A stretch of 64,000 nt of DNA from Fimbriosthenelais zetlandica (taxonomy: Eukaryota). Positions 22,761 through 39,833 of the stretch are shown piece after piece. A program made the position numbers and the translations under genes. Within the stretch, counting starts at the first letter, position 1. Each line of letters opens with the position of its first letter. The stretch spans positions 38,316,001 through 38,380,000 of the forward strand of contig OZ365113.1 of the NCBI GenBank assembly GCA_977030845.1, given 5' to 3'. Under the pieces are notes generated by a model. It had not been told where the DNA came from, did no database searches, and saw only the letters and a program-made list of their open reading frames with translations.

Positions 22761-25251
22761 TTCGAAGCGTTGGGTTCAATATTTCCGTCGTCTCCCTACG
22801 ATGCTGGCAGCTGAATCCCTACTACTCAGGTCCTGTACTAAGTACTAGGATCCAACTTTTACATGTAACCGGGAGCCAGCGCCCTAGTTTCTCCGTTATT
22901 TATTCTCTATTCCTTCTGCGACGTTTCTAACTCATTATTAATTGAATTTCACATTAGTTTTTCCATTGGAATTTGAAATTTCGCGGCTCTGGGGCCAATA
23001 TTCGCTTTACAAATGACTGTTTTCTGTTGGAGGTCCCTCGGGCGTATACACCCTCATAGAGTTATCATTGGGTGTTCACTCTGTGGCATCGCCCTGTAAA
23101 CAGTGCCGCCGGCTGGTGTTTTCTGTAGGAACTACGGCGTGGCGCTGGAGGTAGTTAGTTCAGCTGTAAACCACCAGCCGGCATAGTCTATCTAGCGGTC
23201 CCCCACGCCTCCACCTGCACGAAAGCACAGTCCCAGCCCTCAAGCGGACGGGAGTGGTACTACAGCCGGCAGTAGGCCTACCGAAATACAGCCAAAATTC
23301 AGGTCTCAGATCAACAAATAATGTTATTTACGAACGGATTCAATTGGAAAGCGTTTAAAATTCGCTAAAATATTTTCTTTACTGCCATTTCATACGAAAA
23401 ATATCAATAATTTTCATTCTAAGGAAACATTGTATTGCTATGCTATTAAAAGTAGGACTAATTTTACATTATATGTGTCTGTAGGCCTACTATTATACTA
23501 TTAAAAGATCCACCTTCAGATCCACCCTTGATCATATATCAGATCTTATCACAGCTAAGCTGTATAGAAGGAGTCGACCGAAGGATAAGGACAAAAGATA
23601 AGATTAGGCCTAGGCTACTGGTAATTAATTGTAGGTCCATACAACATAATGTTTTAATGCGTAGTAGGCCTAGGTCTAAAAATTGTGTTGTTCAAAATGA
23701 TTAAAGGTAGAAAAATGCCATGTTATTCAAGAGTGCTTATAATAGGGCCTTGCCCATTGCATAATCTAAACTCCTATAGCCTACTAGGCCTATCTGTGGT
23801 CAAATCAAAGATAGGGCCTATAGGCCAGACATATTCGACTTGTAAACCAGACATTTTTGTTTAGATCATTTCATATGTTCTTAAATAGGGGAATTTTCCA
23901 CCGAGAAGGTAAGTATAGCCTAATTCCGAAAGTATGAGCTCGGTTTCATTATAGGCCTTCTTAGGCCTATTTTAACCCATTGATTGCCGCTTAATTCAAC
24001 CCTACTATAGGCGTACATAATGGAAAATATTCTTCCAAATTTTAATTAAAACAGAGCAGGAAAATATTATTAGGTTTTTATTCATGACAACAACAGAAAA
24101 CCTACTAGAAATTGCATTACGGTGTGCATCAAATAAGAGCAGACAAAAATGTTAGTTTATATAGGCCTATTATTAGGTCTATAGGTCTACATAACATAAT
24201 ATTATCAACCTTTACCCGTCTAATCCTACCGATATGAGTTCTACAGTAAGATAAATATGAATTATCTAAACTTTCTTAAATTTATAAATAGATAAAACGT
24301 GAATGCCAGCATTGAAATTCTATTTAAAACAATTAATATACTTTAACTCATAAAACACATATTATAGGCTGTACAAACATTTTTAAAGAAACAGTATAAA
24401 GTCGTGTGTTTATAGGCCTATGTATAATAAAAATGTACTTTTCTTAACATTAATTGTATTGAGGTATTTATAAAGCGCACATGCTATCGAAATAGGTGTA
24501 TAGGTCTATAATATATGTAGGCCTACATACATGTACAGAAACATAACCGATATCACTGACCCAAACCTGTGTCTGTCCCTGGATCTTTTACTAACATCTA
24601 AATTGCATTTAACTTCAGTAATACTATAACTATAATAACTATAATATTAGGCAATGTGTACATCATCCTATATAATAATATTATTACTTCAATCGGCTGC
24701 ACATTATCATAACATTTCACAACTTTTCTCTGAAAAAGAACGCTTGTGTAACCAAGCACATTAGAATGTTTCTTTCAACACGAAAGTACTTCACTGAATA
24801 CAGTGCCGAAAAATACCTTTAGATTATTTCACTTATGAAAAGGTACAGAAAGAAACATAGGTGCTTGTTGATGTAGGCCTAGTCAATAAAACACTGTTCG
24901 TCACATAAGACAGATCTAGCATGCAATAATTTGCGGTATTTCCCATGGGGATGTAGTCCTTTTTATATATCTTACAAATTGTAAGAAAATAAAAAATGGG
25001 ATTAGTGTAACCACAGCATAATAACAACATGCAATTCTTTGCAAATAGATTAAAATAAAAAAGGCTTCTGTCATCTAAAAGATATGAAGCAGTCTAATGC
25101 CCTTTTAATGGATGTCCTTCCCCATGCACATTACTCCCTAAATCCGACCGACAATATTAACATAATTTATACAATAATAAATCTACAGGTAGAGTAGACC
25201 TGTACCTGAAAGACTTTACACAAATGCGAGCTTGACAAAATCCTTGTTTCA

Positions 25252-28200
25252 TCATGAAATGTAATGTCTGTTGAATTCAGTTATAAGTGTGGAGAGATTA
25301 CAGTCAACTAATGCCCTGTGTATCGTGGATAAACCGGCAGAATAACCTTTCCACACTCTCCAGGCTCTCAGACCTTGTATTGCTCTCTCTTGAAGGTCAC
25401 CACAGAGATCAAGGCCATCAAGAATGGCTTCTATCTCTGAAAAGTCTTTGCCCTTGTACAAACAGCGCAAAAAAGTCTTGTAATTATGCCCTAGTCTTCG
25501 GGAAAGGAACTGAAAGGCATCTTCCACTAAAATTTTGTTTTTCTTCCTCATTTGTTTTCTAACTTCCAATGAAAGCACTTCATTCCCGTTGCCATCAAAG
25601 GCACTGGCATTGTAAGTTGAGCATGTGCAGTTGGAGGTAGTTGAATCATGCCGAGTTCCTGATACGGTATTCAGGTAGTTTTCGATTGGCACCAAACTAT
25701 TGTATGAAGTGTCCTGAACTGGAATGTTGTACACATAGTTTGGCCATTCAGAATGCTCAACTGCTTCTGCCTTTTTTTGCTTCCTCTTCCGCCTCCCCCT
25801 TCGTTTTTTGACTCTTGTGGCCACCACACTTAAGCTTGTGTTAGTGTCCATTGCATCCATCAGCATTGCTTTGCTTCTGGAGTTTTCTGGTGCCAAATGT
25901 TCTGCAGTATATCTTGCTATATTCTTCAGTCTTACATTGGCACCCTTCTTTAGAAGCATCTCCACGACCTGATGGTTGTCTGACTTGGCAGCAGTGTGCA
26001 GCATACTATTGCCATCTTTACCCTGATGATCCAGATTCGCACCTTCCTCAATTAAAAATTTCACCAGGTTTTGTCGATCTTCAGAACTCATTTCATCATC
26101 AGTGGGTCGGTATGATGAGTCCCCAGAGGCATACTGAAGGATGGTATGACCGTTGCGGTCAGTGGCATCCAATTTAGCATTTACTGTCTTTAGGAATTTG
26201 ATGAGGCATTTCCTTTCTGACACAGACCTTGGGGTGATTATAGCATGGTGAACAGGTCTGAGGCCATGATATCCTGGGGTGCTAGGGTCAGCCCCATACT
26301 TAATCAGCATTTCAAGTATCTTAATGACAAGTTGGGCATTCAGTTGACTCCTGATGCAGAAATTGATAGGACTATGGCTATATTGTTCGGGAGTTTCCTT
26401 GGGATCAGCTTCATGTTCAAGGAGCATTTTCACTGCGGAGTCATCACCCATTTCAATGGCAGTGTACAAAGGTCTGCGTCCACCTTGTCCTGTCACATTG
26501 CAAGGAGCTTTTGTCGTTTCTAAGAACAAGTCGAGAATCTTGTGTTGCTTTTTTCTGATGCACACCTCCATAATTTCACTCTTAATGTCAGGTTCGATGT
26601 TCAATTTCCGCTTGAGAAAAAGCTGCATGATCTCAAATCCATTCTGTGGTGCATGTCCAATTTCTAGCAAAGGGGTTTTGTTCTGACTTATCTCTTCATA
26701 TTCATCGCAATCTCTGTCCATCTTGTTCAAGGATTCCTGCCATTCTACATAGTGAAGTTCCGTGGCTTGGCAGATTTCCTCAGTAACTCCAGCATCATCG
26801 GCTTGTGAGAGTACATTCTCACATCTTTGAGGATCACCGACTTTAATCGCTTTTATAAGGCGGTCGGTAAGATTCAGTTTCTCACGCGATTTGCAGACGA
26901 CACTTCCTTCTGATGACTCTGTCTGATGTCCTCTTAATTTCCGCTTGTGAGTTTTTAGGATCTGCACTATGCTTTTGTGATCAGAACGTTCCGCATCCCT
27001 CATAGGAGTATTTCCGCACCTGAAAAGTAACAGCACCCGATATGAATATTGCGTCTGCAATGATAATAAACGTATTTAACCGTTGAAATTGATTAGAAAT
27101 TGATTTGTTTCAATTGAGCGTTCTAGAATATTTCTAGAATACACACCTGTCCACTGGTCTATAGCACTCAGGGTGCACCTTCAAGAGATAGTTTACAATC
27201 TCGGTATGTCCCTCGCTGCAGGCAAGGTGTAACGCAGTTCGACCATCGTAATCTGCTTCAATTGGATCAAAACCCCTTTCTACATACCTGGAAAAACGAT
27301 ATGAGGACATGCATTAATTGATTTATAGGCCTAGAATCCATAAAGTTATATTTCACTATACTTAAACATTCAAGATTGAACTCAACTGTATGCCTGTTAA
27401 GTATTAAGAGCTTAGTTGGGCTTATATCACTTGAAAACAACTCACTCTTGGATAGTTTCTAATTGTCCCAAAGCTGCAGCTTCGCAAAACTTGTGACCCC
27501 ACTCCAGACTTGTTTCATCTTGATCAATATCCAGCAATTTGCCTTCTCGCTGTCTTTTGATGAAAGAGTTGATATACTCAATAATTTCCTTGTTGTCTTT
27601 CTTCTTTGCAATATCAAGAGGAGATTCTCCCCATCTGAAAAGTAAAGGAACCATTAATTAAAAGGCTATCCTTGACTGCTTGATTTCCTTATTCTGTGTA
27701 CAGTGAAACAGGATAAAAGGACACTGGAACATGTTCTATGAAATGACAGTAAAATGAAGTGATTACCTGTCCAACTGGTTATGAGGGACCCGACATTTCT
27801 CCAGAAGGTACTGGACAACGTGCAAGTGATTCTCATCAACAGCAAGATGTAAGGGAGTGCGATAGTCATAATCTCCAGCCGCGAGATCAAAACCGACATC
27901 AGCCAACCTACACCAGCAAACAAAGGATATATAAAGTAAATCATTTCTTCCCTTTCTCTTCAGTTTTCAATACCTCCAACTCTATGTTAAATAAACGGTT
28001 CATATAACCAAAAGTGATAAAATAACAATCAGACTCTACTTTCTTCTAGCTTTAACCTTATGAGATACAGTCATGTACTCACAATTTCAGGCGTTCAACG
28101 TTGCCTTGAGACGCAGCTTTGGTCGTATCTGAGGCACTTCCTGAAGAAGTTCGACTGCGGCTTCGACGTCTACATTCTTTCTTCCTCTCCTCCCTATTCA

Positions 28201-28464
28201 GATCAGCATCGGTTACTTTAGCCTGCAATTAAACATCCAAATAAAATGTAAAAGCAAACAAAAAAAGCAAATGCAAACAATTTGTGGTAAAAAAAAACTG
28301 TTAAGATATGAAGGCAATGTTAATAAGACACAAACCAATTCTTGCAAGCTTGTCAACAAGGATTCAATAGATTTGCGCATCTCGCCCAAAGGTGTGTCTA
28401 ACAAGCTATCACCGAGACAATGGGGAACATCCCCAATATACGTATTATCCCATTGATGATCCAT
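25252..28464 (-). CDS. Ankyrin-repeat and death-domain protein (~835 aa) with two glutaminase-type ankyrin cassettes
   Basis: Exons (minus strand): 28464-28336, 28222-28083, 27907-27767, 27634-27446, 27287-27147, 27019-25252. Phases are compatible; total 2508 nt. Motifs: GDYDYRTPLHLA..DRWGESP, DYDGRTALHLACSEG..DRCGNTP, several further ankyrin repeats (GRRPLYTA, GNSMLHTAA), KKRRGRRKRKQKK, and a C-terminal death-domain-like segment (LSRRLG...LQERAIQGLRAW...ALVDCNL). The first exon is less certain (weak GTTTGT donor). Confidence 0.88.
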
Positions 28465-31400
28465 TTCAAAATTAAAAAAATATTATGTGGTGAATGACTG
28501 GATGCTACGATTGGAACTGAACAAATGAAGGCTGGAGGATATGTGTATCTATTTCTAGAATGATTTCATCACAATAATGTGTAAATCAGAGCATGGCAAG
28601 AGGAATTCAGACATCACGGGACTTGGTCTGTGAGTGGGTGGGGTGGGAGTGAGATTCGTGGCGGGAGGGGGGATAAGGAAGTTTAATTAAACCACGTGCT
28701 TCAACAAATCAATACACATGGGGATACCTTACTACAACCAACACTACTTTCCCCCTGTAATAATATTTTATGCTTTAATATACAGTTGTTCTAAAGTATT
28801 ATTTCTAAAAGTTAATCTGTTTAATATCTGGATTTATTATAATCTATATGTTGTAACTAATAGGAATGTGGAGAATGTCTTAGGGTGTGCCAAACAGTAC
28901 TGGATGGATGGAGGTCGAGCGGTCAAGGGTACCAAAGTACAGCTACCGTAGCGGGGATTCCAATAAACGATAGATAATAAGATCAACACACTTCACCCGT
29001 TTTAATATGGTTTCGAAACCGAAGGCAACTTTTTCCCAGTGTATATTGTTATCCTATCATTTTTTATATTCATTACGGATTCGATCAAATTATTTTTTTA
29101 GATTCGTATAAGATTCAAATATAAATATTATGAAGCCGAACCACATACAAGGATATAAACAAATATATTTGTTGATATACATATGAATTGATATATAGAA
29201 GGCCTGGTTCAGAACTCTTCCGGGGATCAAATTCATATGACAAACCAACACACGTACATCTCGTACGCGTGATCGAGTTAAAGTGAAAGTAAGTATATAG
29301 CGCTTCTTGGAAGTGTATGAATCTACATGAGATTTGCCTTTCAACATTATAAAATACAAAGACAGCCATTCACAGACCCATGAACACGTAGGCACTATAT
29401 AATTGTGACATCTGCCAGTCGATGGATATATTGCTTATTATCCACTGAGTAGCAAATGGGAAAATTCAATGCATTAGCAGACGTCTAGACGCTAATTGTA
29501 TAACGCATATTATGTATGTTGTGAAATGGGTCCCTTCAAGTGGCCCCCCCCCCCCCCCCCGAAAAAAACACCCCAAAAAACATATTTGTCTAGACATATT
29601 TTTTTCGTTTTCTGTCTTACATTTGTCATTTGTTTGAGATGCATTTTTTGTTTAAAAAACAAAAGTAGGTACCACGACTCATAATGCTTGATGTCGGGGT
29701 TTTCCCAAACCAGTCAAAGCTAGGCCGGTCCGTTTCAGGAAACTATACATATTCTATACAGAGGCCTAGTACACATACTGTCCATTGATAAGGATATCAT
29801 TCACAAATGTTGTCCAATCAAATTGCTTCCTGCTACCACGTGAGTGTGCATACATTTATTACATTGTATAATGGTAGACATTTTAGTGGATATCTCCCCA
29901 CAGAAGATCCGCTTTAATCGCCCATTGAAATTAAATATCCACTGGTTACACCAGGATAGTATAAAATGAAACGAGCTTGACTTTCTTGAACAACCATATT
30001 GTGATTTACATGCACATATTTTGTAATGGATTATTTCAAGTTATTCAACTCTTCATCGATAATGATCAATTAATCACAGTTAATGTAGATCTCAGCATTA
30101 GTATTGTGTATTAATTAAGTAAATAAAACCCGGTAAAAACCCATGAAATGTTATTTTGGTATCAACATACCTTGCTTTCAGCAGTCTCACTAGTGTCATG
30201 CCCATCCAAAGTGGTCACTGGTAGTATGCACATTGTCATTCTCCTCACTTTCCTATTTTTTGTCTCCCTTCTTGCCTTGCAATAATCGACAGTGGTTCTT
30301 CACAAGTAGATTCCTTTCATGTCAAATACTTGACACTTAGGTTTAGTTTTATCGTCGATTTGCAGAAAAAAATGAGGTAGCTGACTAGTAGCTGTTTTGG
30401 AATTAATATGTTCCTTCCTCTATGGCTGGCCGCGCTCATCTGACGAAGGACAGAAGGCGCGCACGTATAGGGATTACATTTTTGACCTCCTTCTCTTATC
30501 ATGGATCTATCAATTACTCGGCTGCAAAACAAACTTTTGGTAATAATATTGCATCGGGAGCCTCTTCAGGTTGTTCTGTTAGTCTAATCAAATTTCATCA
30601 TCCTAAAATTGTGGGACTGTTTCATAAGTATAGTGCTTAAAACAGCAGACTATAGAGGTTCAATCTATGGAATAAAGAGCGCATCTTTCTTTTGAAGCGC
30701 GCCCCTGATGTCAGTACTTTGCTCAGAAGGAGGGGCCACATTATCATAGTGAAGAGTACTGATAAGTAGAGAGGCAGGTGGGGGAAGATTTAGATTTAGG
30801 TCTTGTAATATCTCAGTGATTTCATATTAAAAAAATGTGCTGGCTAAAACGTATTGTTTTTCCCAGAAAGATTATATCAAAATTGTAACAAGTAGGAGGT
30901 CAATGGGTATAGTCTGACTGATAGACATTGGCAGATATGCTTATCACCTGGAAAAAAAAATGACGTTAAACAACCATACAATCAATCATAGAATCAATCG
31001 GCAAAAAAGGTAAACAATCATTAGGTATTGTTGTAAGAAAGTAATTCAATTTGGTGGGCAGCTTCCTAATAATTATATAGGCTCCTATAATTATTCTAGG
31101 CTCCGAGCCCATATACCATTCATTTAACATAGTCCAGATGGTCTCTGAATCTTCTATATTGGCATTCCAATACATTATGCCTCAAGTATATAGGGGAGCC
31201 CCCAGGGCATGATCCCGATTATACCGCGAGTAAGCCTATTACGTTCGCATTTTTGTTGAGATTAAATAGATTTTAATGAATGACACATGAAATCTGTCAT
31301 AACGAAAACTTCAGAAGCGTTCATTATACCTTCATAATATAAATAAAATGACAATCTGACCCATATATATATTATATATATATATAATATATACTACTGT

Positions 31401-34400
31401 CGGAAAATGCCCATGTGACGTACCATGCTGTTCCGGAGGCCTAATTAACTGGTGGTGTCTGCACGTACGTATAGGTCAATTGCGGGAAACGGGGTAATTT
31501 AAAAAGAGTGCATCAACTAAAGTGCGCAAAACACCCCCTCCCCCGATTTAGAACAAAGTTGAAAAAAATTGGTAGTTTGGGAAAAGTTTAGGAAAGCCTA
31601 TGAAAAGTTATGGAAAATCAACATTGTGCCCCAAACCCCGAGAAAACGGTATGTATTTTTGGCGGGGTTTTGGTAAATCATGGAAAAGATTTTCAGATTT
31701 CGGTGGGCAACCTTGTACTCACTTCTGTTTTACAACCACTTTGGCTTCAGGGCTGATTCAGGGTGCCTTCCCCGGGCTCAAATTATGCCTTAATTATTTT
31801 CGGCGAGGGCAATAATTTATTGTCTCTGCAAAAATAAGAAAGTTACATAAATCCGAAGGAAACGTGTTCATTTCATCAAATCCCATAATAAGTGCTTATA
31901 AGTATAGCCGGCCATAATTCTAAAATAAAGGACAGGAAAAACAAGAGTGTGACCTATAGGGACAAAGGCTGACAAAATGGTTAATGGTTTAATAGGTGTA
32001 GGTAATAATTGAACCCCACTTCGGAATAACCCCTGTTTATGATCGATGGTGGACCTGGGATAGTCCCTCCTAAAGTGGAGCAGACACCTCTGTACATGAT
32101 TATAGATCAATCTCCACCCCCACATTCAGACGCAGACGAGACAAACAAAAACGAAAGAAAATGGAAAAAATATAATAATATTTACGAGTCAAAAACTAAC
32201 GTGTCTGCATGGAAACCCCCACAATGTTTTCTGCGCAGTGTAGAATTCCTTTGGGACCGGTATATTTTAGAGCAGGAAGTTGAAATAATGTTGGTCAACG
32301 CCCCAAAACGCCCAAAATGCCATTTCCACATTTGAATGCGATAATCATCTCATGATTTTGAAGGGGGGGGGGATGATGGATAAAATAGTTACTCTTCACT
32401 AGAATTATTCAATATAATAATTATCATGTAATTAGCCTGGCCTATACATGAAATTGAATTCGAGTGACAATGAGATTAACAGCTCACGAAAATTTCTTAT
32501 TAACCCAATGCACTTTGTCCTCTCTGAAGTGTTTTGATCGAAGGTGTGACAAAGTAAATATGACGCTCACCTCCTTCCAAAGATCACCCGAATTCATTAA
32601 CTTGTATGGACTGAAATAACGTTAGAGCCTGAGAAAAGTCAATAAAGGCAGCATATCAACATGCATGCGTCTATGGAAGTCATGGTAACGAGAAATGTGG
32701 GAGAAGGATGCCATTTTTTCTTCATAAAGATGGTTGATATTCTTATAAATTCGTATATAAGGTACCTCCAAAGATGATTACATCAATTAATGACTGAGGA
32801 AATATAAAATATGCTTCATAAATTGATAATGGTTTATAATTAAATGTAGGCTTATAATTAATATATTCTTTAAACATTGATTCGGCAATATCATATTGCT
32901 GCTGTTGCAAGAATTGTATTAGTTCGCCCATACAGGAAGTGGGAATCGCTGATGTATATCAACAGAATATTCTATTATTAGCATCACGAAGATTATTGGC
33001 CGAAATAAATCCCGAATAGGAGTGCAGATTCCTGTGTTTGGTTCACAAAGTAAAACAATACTTCTGCATAATATTGACAAATGATGGTTGAATGGTAAAT
33101 GGCATGGATATAGGCCCTATGTGTGCACACATAGGGCCTATACATGTAAAGGATTGAACGGAAAATGATATCAGACATTCTTTGAACGACTGAAATGTTA
33201 CTGATATAAATAGCTATTTAGCTAATTTGGCGATGCAAACGCATGAGAAAAGCAAGACGAGACATCATTTCCTTTGCCGGATATCACCTGATGTGAAAAA
33301 TAAAATGTGAAAATAATTATTTTCCGGTGGCACGTGCACCGTAATTTCCTATGTGCTCACTTTGATATATCACATGATTCAAAGCCGGACATATCCCGCC
33401 CTAACCCAATAACGATAACTCTTCCTAAAAAGGGTTCAATGATCAAGTATGCTGCATTCCTCTATAGGACTATAGTTCAAGGGGCAATACAAGGTGTATG
33501 CATGTGTGGTGGTAGGCGGGGGGGGGGGGGGGGGTGCAGGGACCATGGCCATACTTTGGAGATGTTTGTCGCTAAAATCACATATATCCGAAGGCCTTTT
33601 TTTGTATTTTGCAATGTTGTCAATGGGTGTGCATGAACACTGCTTGTTAATTGAGTGCACGGGGTCGTCACGATGCCCACACTGCATCTTCCTCTTGAAA
33701 CAGATTCCGAACCGGACAGGAAATTCGTGATTATTGAGGAAAGGAGTGGCAGTGATTAGAATATTGTACATACCATCCAATCACTTATTTTCTTGGTGGA
33801 TTGTTGTACAGGATGAAAATATTATATCATATTAACTAAACTGACAGGAATTCACAGTTAATAATTAAAGATTTAGTGACAGTAATGTATTACTTATAAA
33901 TTTCTCTACTTGTATCCTCGATCTATATATTTCAATCTGAATATTCTAAAGTTCTTTGTACATTTTCGGAACATTTACTTTTGTTGTATGTACATTTTTA
34001 AGAAGCTACCGGTACCAATTTGGTCAATGTGGCTAGAGTAGGGTAGCTAGAACAGTTTGTGGTAGATATGTATAGCCTATAGATAGGCCTATATGTAATC
34101 TGATGAGTACACTCATTGGTGGTGTACCTCATCTGTCAATCATGCACGTCAAGTATCAATGCAGAAAATGCACTCACTGATATTGACTGATGTGTTTTAC
34201 CATAGGCTGATGGTCGGGGGATGGAAAGACATTTTCAAAACAAGTTGATACATTAATGTTCTTTCAAACTCAGGGATATTTGTAGGAACATGAATTGGGG
34301 TGAGGCTATTACCCTTTGAATCGATAATCGTTGAGTGATTAAACTAACAGTACGGGGATTGTGGGATTTTCCAAGGATAAAATCACTTCAGTCAAGGTTA

Positions 34401-36379
34401 CTTCTCAGATACAAGTACTTCACATTTAATGTGTAAGATGTATTAGACCCGCTGTCATGAACTGCGAGAATTAAATGCCAGATAAATTTACTGAGAAAAG
34501 ATAACAAGACTCGAAGAAGTGTCTTCTTATAGACAGCGTGACTAAGCGAAAATGTCGATGGGCCTACTGTAACAACTAATGGGCGAATATTTAACTTCTG
34601 GTCACCAATTTTTCACTATCTCAGGAAGAGAAGGAAACATGCTGTCGGCTCACATTGATCGACTCTTCTCGAACGGCAGCAATGGTTAAACAGGGGTGGC
34701 CTAAACCTTTGATATGATTATGCCAGTTATACTAAAGCACGTGCGGCCTCGAGTACATGTCTAGGCTAGTCTATCAGTGGACCACAGTTCTATAGAAGAA
34801 AAAAATGTCAACTCCGGATACTTCTTCCATCCGATTGAACTTTGCTTCTAACATAAGGGAAAACTTTTTGGAAATCAATAACTGGTTCAAGCGATGTCAA
34901 TGAGGTACACCACAACCCAATGAGTCCAGTTTGACTAAAATACGGTAAACGTTATCTGTATTGGCCTCTTCAAACATCTCTCGGGTAGATTCTGCGGGAA
35001 ATCTTTAAGATATCTTTAAGTATATCATAGCAAGGGTATTCCCAGATCAGTTGATTATTTACTCATATACAATTTTTATATAGATATTTTGTATTATAAA
35101 TAAATTTCCATATACACTTACATTGTAACATATTTTACTTCAAGATTATCTCCCAAACAGATCCAAAAAGTCATCCAATACACCCCCATTGTTCATTTTT
35201 TGGTGGTAGCTAACCCAGCCGAGCCAATCACAATTAAAAGTCGGTGTGTGGAGGATGAAGCTCGCCTTGCTAATTTCTCTCGCTCACTAAAAACCTTAAT
35301 GATATTTATCCAAAAAGATAATGTCACTACCAGTACACTTTAACCCTGATGAGGGGAGAACCCTTCGGAAACCACGCCCGAATTTTTCACCGGAGGTTAA
35401 CAATGTCTATGTTGACATATCTATTGTAGATTTACTACAAGAAAAATAAAAGTTTTTGTAACAAAATGACATAGACCCAGGAGTCCTGAAGGCCTGGGAC
35501 ACACCCTTCCCAGAATCACCCCTTCCCAGAACGGGACCCCTGCCTGTATTTTGGGGGCGACAAAGGTATAATATGGTGATCTAGAAAGTCCTGCATTCGA
35601 ACAACTAGTATCCCCCAATCTACATAAACAAGTTAAAATAGCCATAGACCATTGATTTATGTTTATGAAATAGCACAACAGATGTCTATAACGCAACTAC
35701 ATCATATACTTCAATTACTATTTATAATGTCAATAAAAACTTGTTTTGATTCGGAACTAAAGTTTTGATGGGGACTCAGCCAGGGACCTTTATCACCCAT
35801 CATCCTGAAATAGTGGGAGGAAAAGTCCCTGGCCTCCTTCCAACATTCCTTATCCTCCACTTTCCTGCCATTCAGCATTTAACATCGATCCATGTAGACT
35901 GTACTAAACATTGCTGGAATGGTACAATACTCGAGGATATAATATTATGATAAGATATCAGGGGTATTAGACAAGGACAAGTAGTCTATTTTTGTTGGTT
36001 TATTACTTCATGAATATCATGGTATTTATAATGCACAAGTTTCAATATTTCTTATGTCAAATACCTGTCCTATAGTATACAATATTATGGAAAACATGTT
36101 AGTTCATATTCTTACATTTTTTCAAAGTTACCCTCCCATGCCTCCATTTAAATAGATGTTCATATTGAGATTTAACAGCCATGTTATTCACTTTATAGGT
36201 CAAACCTGCTGTTTCAAGGACCTCCTGGTTCCAAAAGAAAATATGCGAAAAAAGTTTCATTCCACAGTGATAGAAATATTACAGGTTCCTTTAATAGACC
36301 AAGAGATGATTCTTTAAACTAAATCATAAGAAAAATCTCTAATAAGAAGATTTTATAATTAACAAAATTTATAATGAGT

Positions 36380-39833
<3,454 letters not shown>

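Noticed and set aside
25287-26686. Several plus-strand ORFs of 91-110 aa
   Set aside because: Antisense shadows of the ankyrin exon.
32039-32335. 98-aa ORF in the intergenic region
   Set aside because: No motifs or supporting exons; consistent with chance.
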